From the NCBI GenBank assembly GCA_028279595.1, contig JANQNK010000003.1:25367-89366 (forward strand): a stretch of DNA of 64,000 bases, written 5' to 3'. Below, piece after piece: positions 31,162 to 39,305 of the stretch. The translations under genes and the position numbers were made by a program. Under the pieces are notes generated by a model. That model saw only the letters and a list, made by a program, of their open reading frames with translations, was not told the DNA's origin and searched no databases. The DNA is from Thermoplasmatota archaeon (lineage in GTDB: Archaea > Thermoplasmatota > JAKEGO01). How positions within the stretch are numbered: position 1 is the first letter of the stretch; each line of letters opens with the position of its first letter.

Positions 31162-31875
31162 ATGACAGAATGGAAGAGGGACCGCGAGGCCGTGGACAAG
31201 TGCATGGGCGACATCAACGAGCAGCTCGGCCTCTGGGTCAAGGGCGGAAAGGTCCTGGACCTCGGAGGCGGAAAGGGATGGTCGCTGAACAGGATCGAGG
31301 CCGAATCGAAGGTGATCGTCGACCTGGACCTCGACGAGCTGGTACAGTCCAAGTTCGAGACGGTCCACGGGAACGTCCTCGACCTTCCATTTTCGAACGG
31401 GACCTTCGACAGTGTCATCGCTCGCGGGGTGCTTCACCACGTCCCCAACGACCTCGAGAAGGCTCTGGACGAGGCCAGCAGGGTGCTCGTGGACGGCGGG
31501 ATGCTGTTCGTGCAGGACCCAGGCGGGCTAAATCCTCCGGCATACTTCGCCCGCAACCTCTTCCCGACGGACATCCACGTCCCGGACGAGAAGCCCTTCG
31601 ATCCGAGGTACCTGAGGGGCGAGATGGCCAAGCGGTTCGCCATCGTCGACGAGAGATATCACCATATCACGGGCTACCTTCTTCCGCATATGATCCCGCG
31701 GCTCGGACCGCTCGGTCCTGTCGTCCGGAGGAACGCGGACCAGATCAGGATGATGGAGGACGCCCTCCTGAGGAGGTCCTCCCTTCTCCAGCCATACGCT
31801 GGATACGTCCAGTTCGTGGGCATCAAGAACCCCATCTTACCTAACCCGCCCGTGGATGACGGAGGAGGGCTCTGA
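31162..31875 (+). CDS. Class I SAM-dependent methyltransferase
   Basis: Motif I VLDLGGGKGW and the downstream acidic-loop motifs match Methyltransf_11/25. Confidence 0.75.
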   Translation: MTEWKRDREAVDKCMGDINEQLGLWVKGGKVLDLGGGKGWSLNRIEAESKVIVDLDLDELVQSKFETVHGNVLDLPFSNGTFDSVIARGVLHHVPNDLEKALDEASRVLVDGGMLFVQDPGGLNPPAYFARNLFPTDIHVPDEKPFDPRYLRGEMAKRFAIVDERYHHITGYLLPHMIPRLGPLGPVVRRNADQIRMMEDALLRRSSLLQPYAGYVQFVGIKNPILPNPPVDDGGGL

Positions 31876-32397
31876 ATGCCGGAGCCCGGAATGGTCCACG
31901 TCTACACGGGTGCCGGCAAGGGGAAGACGACAGCCGCCCTCGGTCTTACGGTGAGAGCCCGCGGTCGAGGTCTGTCAGTGCTAATCGTCCAGTTCATGAA
32001 GGGGAACGTCGAGTACGGAGAGCTCGATCCCCTCAGGGACATCGGTGTCGAGATAGTCCAGTTCGGCAGGCCGGACTTCGTCGACCAGCACGATCCGGAC
32101 CCCGTCGATGTCAAGATGGCCCAGGAAGGTCTGGACTACGCCATCGACAGGATAGGCAGCGGCGATTACGATATGGTCGTCCTCGACGAGATCAACGTCG
32201 CGACATCGTGGAAACTGGTTTCCGTCGAGGACGTCCTGGACCTCATCGAGGGCAGGCCTGAGAAGGTCGAGCTGGTCCTGACCGGACGTTATGCACCCGA
32301 GGAGTTCATCGAGGCCGCCGACCTCGTCACCGAGATGGTCGAGGTCAAACATTACTTCAGAAAGGGTACCGAGGCCCGGGACGGCGTCGAGCGCTGA
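31876..32397 (+). CDS. cobO: ATP:cob(I)alamin adenosyltransferase (CobO/CobA/BtuR family)
   Basis: 173 aa. The P-loop VYTGAGKGKTTAALG and the motif ...VQFMKG...DMVVLDE... are typical of CobA/BtuR. Confidence 0.8.
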   Translation: MPEPGMVHVYTGAGKGKTTAALGLTVRARGRGLSVLIVQFMKGNVEYGELDPLRDIGVEIVQFGRPDFVDQHDPDPVDVKMAQEGLDYAIDRIGSGDYDMVVLDEINVATSWKLVSVEDVLDLIEGRPEKVELVLTGRYAPEEFIEAADLVTEMVEVKHYFRKGTEARDGVER

Positions 32398-32398
32398 A

Positions 32399-33172
32399 CT
32401 AGTTGATCACCATCAACAGGATGAAGGCCATTATCGCGAAGAACGTTATCAGGACCACCGCCAGCCCCCACGCCGACTTGTTCGACACGCGGTCTATGAC
32501 CCCGTCAGCCCAGTCGTCCATCATGGAGTCGTCCGACGGTGTGAACTCGTCCTCACCGTGGTAGGCGTAGCTCCTCTTGACGATCCCGGAATGCCCGGTG
32601 GACCCGTGCCTGTCTCGGTGGATGCTGTCGTAGTGCTTGAACTCCACCCGCTCGGTCTGTCTCTGGTACTTGGGTCCGTGGGGCGAGAACCTCTGCTTCT
32701 TGTACGTCGGGATGCGGCTGTACCGCTCGCCGTACTTCTTCTTGACGCCCTCGGTGTAGGACGGGCTCTGGGAGACGAACCTGTCGTACCAGATCTGGGA
32801 CAGCTCGCCGAACTTGTCGAAGTCGGTGTCCCGTCGGCGCCCTCTCTCCTTCCGTAGATCGGCCCTTCCCCCGACCCTCGTCACCCGTCCCGTGCCGGCC
32901 TTCGAGAACTTGGTCGGGTACTTCATCTCCTGGAACTCATCGCCCGCCTTCTTCCTCTCCTCGCGGACCTTCCTGTCGTAGGCTCGCCTCTTGATGGGAT
33001 CGGACAGTACCTGGTAGGCGTCGGAGACCTCGTCGAATCGGAGTTCTGCGTCGGCGCCCTTGTAGATGTCGGGATGGTATTTCCTGGCGGCCTTCCGGTA
33101 TGCCTTCTTGATGGCATCCCGGGTGGCATCAGGCTTCAACCCGAGCACGGCGTAGTAGTCCTTCAGAAGCAC
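32399..33172 (-). CDS. J-domain (DnaJ-like) protein with a C-terminal TM anchor
   Basis: The N-terminal J-domain DYYAVLGL...[12 protein letters not shown] carries the HPD motif. The C-terminus is hydrophobic ([21 protein letters not shown]). Confidence 0.8.
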   Translation of the reverse strand: MLLKDYYAVLGLKPDATRDAIKKAYRKAARKYHPDIYKGADAELRFDEVSDAYQVLSDPIKRRAYDRKVREERKKAGDEFQEMKYPTKFSKAGTGRVTRVGGRADLRKERGRRRDTDFDKFGELSQIWYDRFVSQSPSYTEGVKKKYGERYSRIPTYKKQRFSPHGPKYQRQTERVEFKHYDSIHRDRHGSTGHSGIVKRSYAYHGEDEFTPSDDSMMDDWADGVIDRVSNKSAWGLAVVLITFFAIMAFILLMVIN

Positions 33173-33236
33173 ACCCTCATCCTTTCGTGGATTACGAATG
33201 GGATGAAGTCTATAAAAACTGTGTGCCGTCGATGGA

Positions 33237-33686
33237 TCAGACCGAGAGTTCCGTGGTTCCCCTCATCTCCTCCGCGAGCTCCTCCAGCTTCTCAAGGATA
33301 TTCCCGTCGGTCAGTGCGAGGATCCTTGCCGCCAGGATGGCGGCGTTCTTGCCATTGTCGAGCCCGACCGCTCCCACTGGTATCCCAGGGGGCATCTGGA
33401 CGATGGAGAGGATAGAATCCATGTTGACCTTCCCAGAGACGGGGATCCCGACGACAGGCTTATGGGTGTGGGCGGCCACGACTCCGGGGAGCGCGGCGGA
33501 AAGCCCGGCTATCGCTATGAAGACGTCTGCTTCCGATCCCGTGACAATGGCATGGACGGAACCAGGGTCCCTGTGCGCTGACGCGACCGACACCTGGTAT
33601 CCTATACCCAGACGGTCCAGCATGGCCGTGGCCTTCTCTGCGACCTTCATGTCCGATTTGCTTCCCATGATTATGTGTACGCCCAT
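33237..33686 (-). CDS. purE: N5-carboxyaminoimidazole ribonucleotide mutase (PurE)
   Basis: The HIIMGSKSD...VASAHRDP...[18 protein letters not shown]...VGIPV motifs are canonical for PurE. The ORF extends to 33695. Confidence 0.8.
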   Translation of the reverse strand: MGVHIIMGSKSDMKVAEKATAMLDRLGIGYQVSVASAHRDPGSVHAIVTGSEADVFIAIAGLSAALPGVVAAHTHKPVVGIPVSGKVNMDSILSIVQMPPGIPVGAVGLDNGKNAAILAARILALTDGNILEKLEELAEEMRGTTELSV

Positions 33687-33696
33687 GGCAAACACC

Positions 33697-34647
33697 TCAA
33701 GCGACCCTCATGACCATCTCCGGGGTCAGTCCCTTCTCCGTTATCGAGTAGAATAGGATGGCGTTCTTGTCCGGTCTGTTCCTGACCTTCTTGATGATGA
33801 GACGGTTCTCGAAGGTGGAACCGACACGGGAGATCTCCAGTTCGACGACGATGTCGCACGCTGCCTGGAGCGCGTGCTCGATCCTCGTTTCCCAGGAGTC
33901 CTTGACGGATGTCAACAGGAGTGTCCCTCCCTGGCTCTGGACGTAGGCCTTCAGGGACCTTAGCCCCGCGATGACCTCCTCGTGCGGATAGTGCTCCAGG
34001 AAGAAATCGACCGAATCGATGATTATCCTGAACGGCGGCTGGAGGGATGTGGCGTCGTAGAGGAGCTCGTCCAGGAAGTTGATGCTCCTGTACTCGTCGA
34101 GCTCGATCTCCTCTGTCATGTCCATCTCGGCGATGTCCGATATCGTGATGCCGTCCCTCTGTAACTTTGCGACCTCCAGCTCCTTCTGGAGGACCTTCTC
34201 GTAATACTGGGTGAAGATGTCGACGATGGTCATGTTGGTCGGCCAGTCGAAGTACTTCATCGTGGCGATGACCTCTCCGGCGCTCTCGTTGGTAGCGTAG
34301 TAGATGACGTTCTCAGCACCGATCCCTGCCATGGCGAACTGCTTGGCCAGGAGCTCGAATCCGGATCCCGGGGTACCCATGCCAAGCATCGAGTATCCCC
34401 TCGGTATGCCGTTCATGAGCAGGTCGTCCAGCTTCTCGATGCCGGTCGGAAGTACGTCGTCGAGGTCGAGCTGGGGAAGGGGTTTCGACTCGCCCTCCTC
34501 CTCGTCGGAGGGAGCGACATCCGTAGAAAGCGCGGTCTCCTCTGCCTGCTTCTCGATATCCTCACCCGAGACCCTCTCGAGCTTTCCCTTGCCACGCTTC
34601 TTCCATCGCTCGAGAATCTCGCTTATGTCCTTCTTGCTGCTGGACAT
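33697..34647 (-). CDS. KaiC/RecA-superfamily ATPase-like protein with a degenerate Walker A (probable pseudo-ATPase)
   Basis: It has an acidic N-terminal ~90 aa. The RecA-like core reads GMGTPGSGFELLAKQ; the P-loop Lys/Thr are replaced, giving GSGFE. It is similar to archaeal KaiC/FlaH-like modules. Confidence 0.55.
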   Translation of the reverse strand: MSSSKKDISEILERWKKRGKGKLERVSGEDIEKQAEETALSTDVAPSDEEEGESKPLPQLDLDDVLPTGIEKLDDLLMNGIPRGYSMLGMGTPGSGFELLAKQFAMAGIGAENVIYYATNESAGEVIATMKYFDWPTNMTIVDIFTQYYEKVLQKELEVAKLQRDGITISDIAEMDMTEEIELDEYRSINFLDELLYDATSLQPPFRIIIDSVDFFLEHYPHEEVIAGLRSLKAYVQSQGGTLLLTSVKDSWETRIEHALQAACDIVVELEISRVGSTFENRLIIKKVRNRPDKNAILFYSITEKGLTPEMVMRVA

Positions 34648-34656
34648 CGGACCACC

Positions 34657-35466
34657 TCATTCGTCGTCTTCGTCCTCGTCATCATCGTCCCCGCCGCGCC
34701 TGAACAATCCGAAGATAGTCTTCAGGATGGTCACAGGGATCCAAAGGATGATCCTGATGATCCAAAGGACGAGGTCGATGACGGTCAGAATCAGCTTGAG
34801 TATGATGTTGGTCGGAGGTTTCCTGCTCTGCAGGAACTTCCACTGCTTGATCTCGAAGAATCCGACGGGCTCCATCTCCTCGGGCTCTGGCTTCGCCGCC
34901 TTCTTCTTCTTTTTCTTCTTCTTCTTTTTCTTGCCCTTCTTCGGCTTCTTGGGCTCCTCGGCCGCGACCTCCTCCACCTCCACCACCGGCTCTACGTCCG
35001 GGGTGGTCTCGGGTACATCCGGTACCGCAATGGATTCGGGCTTTCCGACCTTGACCTTGGGGGCCACCGGGACTCCGAGTGACTCGCCGTACTTCTCCTT
35101 GAACTTCTTCTGGACGCCGGACTCGCCGCCCATCAGGTAGTCCATCTTGCGCTCGATCTCGGGGACCCTGGATGTGTCGACGGGAAGGTCGGGGACCTCG
35201 ATCTCCTGCTCGACGACCGTGACGTCCTCGCTCACGACCTCGAACTCCGGGACCTCTCCCTCCTCTTCTGTAACGGTCTCGAACTCCGCTGGCTCCGAGT
35301 CGCCGAGGGCGCGGGACAGTCTCGCCTCCTTCTTCTGGAGCTTGCGCTGTACCTTGGTCATCTTCTTCTCGAGCTTGCGATGCTTCTTGGAAGACTTCCG
35401 CTCACGCTTGAGAACCTTCTTCTCGTGTTTACGCTCCTTTTTCGCCTCTTTCCAGTTCTCTGCCAT
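34657..35466 (-). CDS. Lys/Glu-rich low-complexity protein with a C-terminal TM segment and an acidic tail
   Basis: The start was chosen at ATG 35466 (MAENWKEAKKE), which has a GGGGAGG SD-like sequence 8 nt upstream. It contains the run KKPKKGKKKKKKKKKKKAAK, then two TM helices, then DDDDEDEDDE. It lies 9 bp upstream of the KaiC-like gene. Confidence 0.45.
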   Translation of the reverse strand: MAENWKEAKKERKHEKKVLKRERKSSKKHRKLEKKMTKVQRKLQKKEARLSRALGDSEPAEFETVTEEEGEVPEFEVVSEDVTVVEQEIEVPDLPVDTSRVPEIERKMDYLMGGESGVQKKFKEKYGESLGVPVAPKVKVGKPESIAVPDVPETTPDVEPVVEVEEVAAEEPKKPKKGKKKKKKKKKKKAAKPEPEEMEPVGFFEIKQWKFLQSRKPPTNIILKLILTVIDLVLWIIRIILWIPVTILKTIFGLFRRGGDDDDEDEDDE

Positions 35467-35671
35467 CGGAGTTTCCTCCCCAATCCAGATAGCCTTTCCG
35501 TACTTAATGCTTTTTGAGATTGACCGTACGATGCACCATATGAAAAGATGCAGAAAGTTGCATTTCTCATCCGGTTTTTTCACATGCCTGGCCAATGATG
35601 ATGGGTTCGCCTGACATCCCTGTCGAATCCTTATATATGTGCGCCGGGATATCCAACCCGAAGGTGCGACC

Positions 35672-36046
35672 ATGATGCCGGGAATGGGCAGGATGAATCC
35701 CCGCCAGATGAAGAAGATGCTCAAACGTCAGGGCATCGACATCGACGAACTGGACGACGTGATCGAGGTTATCATCAGGATGCCCGACCGGACCCTCGTG
35801 TTCGACGCACCAGCAGTCACGATCATGAAGGTTCAGGGCCAGGCCACGTACCAGATAGTCGGCGACCCCAGGGAGTCCGCCGGCGGAGGAACGCCATCCG
35901 AGGCCGCCCCAGAACCGCCCGAGTTCCCCGAGGACGACATCAGGCTCGTCGTCGACAACACCGACGCCGACCGCGAGAAGGCGATCGAGACGCTCCGCGA
36001 GTGCAACGGGAACCCGGCCGACGCAATCATCAAGCTGACGGGATAG
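35672..36046 (+). CDS. nac: Nascent polypeptide-associated complex protein (NAC alpha, archaeal)
   Basis: It has the NAC domain (MMPGMGRMNPRQMKKMLKRQGIDIDELDDVIEVII...) and a C-terminal UBA-like domain (REKAIETLRECNGNPADAIIKL). A TATA box TTATATAT lies ~35 nt upstream. The ORF track starts at GTG 35639. Confidence 0.85.
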   Translation: MMPGMGRMNPRQMKKMLKRQGIDIDELDDVIEVIIRMPDRTLVFDAPAVTIMKVQGQATYQIVGDPRESAGGGTPSEAAPEPPEFPEDDIRLVVDNTDADREKAIETLRECNGNPADAIIKLTG

Positions 36047-36047
36047 A

Positions 36048-38858
36048 ATGGTCTTCGATGTCATAGCCAGGTTCATTGAGAAACACGCGAGGGAGATCCT
36101 CGTCATAGAGGTGCTCTTCACTGCGCTACTCGTTGTCAAGATCACTGAACCAGAGGCATTCCAGTTTGAGAGCGATCTCAACAAATTTCTGCCGGAGAAC
36201 GAAGAGACCCAGGCTCATGAACGTCTTCAGGACAGATTTGGGCATGATCCCTCTACTTACTTCGTTCAAGTCGAACCAAAGAACGGTGATGATGTAATTA
36301 CCGTTGATTCTGTCCGGGACCAATATCGAATCCAAGCTCTGATCGGCAGTGAAGATACCTCCTATATCAGGAATGGAAAGGTGACAGGCGTTCTCAGCTT
36401 CGCAACCCTCGTCGAGGCAATCCTTCAATTGAACAATTCGGAAGCTTCATTGCTCGAGGCCTCAGATGAAGATCTCGCGAACGCCATACATAATACATGT
36501 TCATTTCTGAACTCGAACGATCCAGACAATTATCGAAGCAAATGGAAACATCTCAATGCCCAATCGGAGGATAGCAACAACGCAGCGAAAACGATGTCTC
36601 CGGAGGACCTGATGGTCCTGAGGAACATACTCTTCTCAAAGGATTTCTATCATAGCGATAGCAACAGGATATCAGAGGCCTCCTCCACCTTGATACTGAT
36701 ATGGATCAATGGATCTCATGATCCCACTGAGCGGCGGGAGGTCGCCGTCTCAATAAGAGACGATCTCGATGGTCTCTCACTGCAGCACGTAACCATCAAA
36801 GAGACCGGCGCTGACCTCCTGGCTCATGATGTCGATGAAATGACAAAGATATCCAATATGATCCTTGGTGTCGGCATCCTGTTGATCATCCTTGTCGTCC
36901 TCTACCTGTCCTTCAGAAGCATATCCTACATGCTGCTTCCCGTCCTAACGATGCTCCTTGCTATCGTATGGACGATTGGAACCATGATACTCATCGATGT
37001 TACCTTCACCGCTATCGATGTCGCTGCGATCCCACTTATCGTGGGTTTAGGCGTCGATGACTCCGTCCATCTATCCAAACGTTATCAAGAGGAACTGAAG
37101 AAGAGCGGGAATCCAGCCGTAGCGCTGGTCACATCGATAGACAAGATCGGTACAGCAATATTCCTCACGTCACTCACGACCGCTCTCGCCTTCATGTCGA
37201 ATCTAGTATCCCCTGTAGGTCCGATCCGTGATTTCGGTCTGATCTGCGCTACTGGCATCGCATATGCATTCATCCTCACGATCACTTTCCAAGCTGCACT
37301 CAGATATGAATTGGACAGGTATGAGGCCAATGTCCTTGAGACACAGACCAATAAGGCCCCAAAGCTTGAGTCCGGGATGCACAAGTTCGGTGCTAAGGTC
37401 ATCGACAATCCGAAACCCGTCGTTGCGATCGTCCTATTGCTTACCGTCTCCTCGTTATGGGCATCAGGATATGTCAGAACCGATTTCCGGGTCGAGGATT
37501 TCCTCCCGGACGACTGGGAGACAGTGGAGACCTATCAGGACATTGAATCTTCGTATACAGCCGCAAGCCAGAGCCGGGTCTATTACGTCATCGAAGGTGA
37601 TGTCGAAACGGTGGATATGGCATGGACGCTCTTAAGACTCGAGAACGAAACGGAGAACGATAAACGGATCGTTAGCGTCGATATGGATGCGAATAATTCA
37701 CTCGATGACGTTTACCTGATGGAATCCATTCTTGACTACGTCGAACTTGCATTCTGGCTCAACAATTCAATGGCTGACGAATACAATTGGGAATATCGGG
37801 AGAACGATAGTACAGGTCAGACCATAATGTATCCCCAATCCGATTGCACGGACGAGGACATCTCGGACCTGTATGACTATCTTCGCAATAACGACACTTT
37901 CAAATATCTGACGAGAAAGGTTCTTCGAGGCCGTAATATCGGCAACGGTGAGTGGGAGTTCAGGATAACCATCGTTCGTATGTTCGTCGACGCCAGATCG
38001 GAGACCTCCAAGGCGAAGGATGTGGTCGATGACCTGGATCGCAATTTCGAGGTCATCAATTTCCCATCCGGTGTCAAGGTCACCAAGGCCGGCTACGTCA
38101 TATCCACAATTTCGACCATCGAAGCCATCCAGAGGAGCCAGATCGAGTCCACCATCATCTCGATCATCGTCTCCGCGCTCATCCTGATGTTCATCTACCG
38201 GTCGGCAACGGTCGGCATCCTCGCCGCCTTACCCGTAGCCATCTCCGCCTCATGGGTCCTGGGAACGATGGCATTCACGGAATACATGTATGCCAACGTC
38301 TCGACCACTTTCCCTGACATCAGTCTCAACGTTCTCACTGTCATGGTGACTGCGCTAACGATAGGTCTAGGCATAGACTACTCGATCCATATCATTCAAA
38401 GGTTCAAGGAGGAGCGCGAGGAGCAGGGCGCCGAGGTGAGGGAGGCGATGCTGACGTCGATCTCTCACAGCGGGACAGCGATCTTCATCTCGATGATAAC
38501 GACGGTCCTCGGATTCGTCGTTCTGCTGTTCTCGCCGATGCCGATAACCCAGCACTTCGGGCTCATAACATCCGTGACGATGATATTTGCCTTCTTCCTG
38601 TGCATATTCTTCCTGCCGATATTCCTGATGATATGGGCGAAGAGGGAGGAGGCAAGGATAGCCGAGGGAGGCGGCAAGGAGAGCTTCCTTTCCAGGTTGA
38701 AGCCGAAACCGAAGCCTGTCGAGATATCGATCGCAGGCGAGGTCGTCGAGGAGGAGACCACCGCTACCGGGGAGGACAGCGTCGTCGTATCGGAGGATGC
38801 CTCAGAAGTCGCTGAAGAAGAGGATGCTTCCGTCGTAGTTATCGTCGGCGAGGAATGA
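36048..38858 (+). CDS. RND-superfamily exporter (MMPL domain), second copy
   Basis: 936 aa. It has two 6-TM bundles, with GLGVDDSVHLSKRYQEE and GLGIDYSIHIIQRFKEE motifs. Its architecture is similar to 13087-15702. Confidence 0.8.
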   Translation: MVFDVIARFIEKHAREILVIEVLFTALLVVKITEPEAFQFESDLNKFLPENEETQAHERLQDRFGHDPSTYFVQVEPKNGDDVITVDSVRDQYRIQALIGSEDTSYIRNGKVTGVLSFATLVEAILQLNNSEASLLEASDEDLANAIHNTCSFLNSNDPDNYRSKWKHLNAQSEDSNNAAKTMSPEDLMVLRNILFSKDFYHSDSNRISEASSTLILIWINGSHDPTERREVAVSIRDDLDGLSLQHVTIKETGADLLAHDVDEMTKISNMILGVGILLIILVVLYLSFRSISYMLLPVLTMLLAIVWTIGTMILIDVTFTAIDVAAIPLIVGLGVDDSVHLSKRYQEELKKSGNPAVALVTSIDKIGTAIFLTSLTTALAFMSNLVSPVGPIRDFGLICATGIAYAFILTITFQAALRYELDRYEANVLETQTNKAPKLESGMHKFGAKVIDNPKPVVAIVLLLTVSSLWASGYVRTDFRVEDFLPDDWETVETYQDIESSYTAASQSRVYYVIEGDVETVDMAWTLLRLENETENDKRIVSVDMDANNSLDDVYLMESILDYVELAFWLNNSMADEYNWEYRENDSTGQTIMYPQSDCTDEDISDLYDYLRNNDTFKYLTRKVLRGRNIGNGEWEFRITIVRMFVDARSETSKAKDVVDDLDRNFEVINFPSGVKVTKAGYVISTISTIEAIQRSQIESTIISIIVSALILMFIYRSATVGILAALPVAISASWVLGTMAFTEYMYANVSTTFPDISLNVLTVMVTALTIGLGIDYSIHIIQRFKEEREEQGAEVREAMLTSISHSGTAIFISMITTVLGFVVLLFSPMPITQHFGLITSVTMIFAFFLCIFFLPIFLMIWAKREEARIAEGGGKESFLSRLKPKPKPVEISIAGEVVEEETTATGEDSVVVSEDASEVAEEEDASVVVIVGEE

Positions 38859-38867
38859 TCGAATTGG

Positions 38868-39305
38868 TCAAGCGAGCTTTCTGGCCCTCATCAACGAGAA
38901 TGCCATGCTCAGCGCTATCGAGATCGTGATCGACGGCCAGAAGACGAACCTGTAGGCGGTCGCCAGAAGACTAGCGACGATGAGGATCCCGAGGAGCGAG
39001 TATCTGATATCGCTCCTGACCTCGTTCAACGGAGACATGGCCTTCTTGGGGTCGCGCCACAGTTCTCGGTCCGAGGCTATCGACCTTCCGCAGACCGGAC
39101 ACCGCTCCGCGTCCATCATGATGAAACTACCGCAGCCTGGACACTTGATCCGTCCCTCCAGGTAACGGTTGTGATACCCGATGAACGAAATCCCACCGAC
39201 GTATCCGAAGGGCTGGAGGAGATCCGTGATCGTGGCGGTGACCTTCGAGAGACTGATTGAGGGTCTGCGTGGCTTCGGTCTCTTCTCACGCTTCCCGACC
39301 TTCAT
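38868..39305 (-). CDS. Zinc-ribbon membrane protein (hypothetical)
   Basis: 145 aa. It has a CPGCG...CPVCG Zn ribbon followed by two TM helices. Confidence 0.45.
   Translation of the reverse strand: MKVGKREKRPKPRRPSISLSKVTATITDLLQPFGYVGGISFIGYHNRYLEGRIKCPGCGSFIMMDAERCPVCGRSIASDRELWRDPKKAMSPLNEVRSDIRYSLLGILIVASLLATAYRFVFWPSITISIALSMAFSLMRARKLA

Noticed and set aside
35467-35724. 5' extension of the Lys/Glu-rich ORF (MSIFFIWRGFILPIPG...)
   Set aside because: The upstream 86 codons are AT-rich, hydrophobic or odd, and lie in the divergent promoter region shared with the NAC gene. The internal ATG at 35466 has a GGGGAGG ribosome-binding-like sequence and was chosen as the start.
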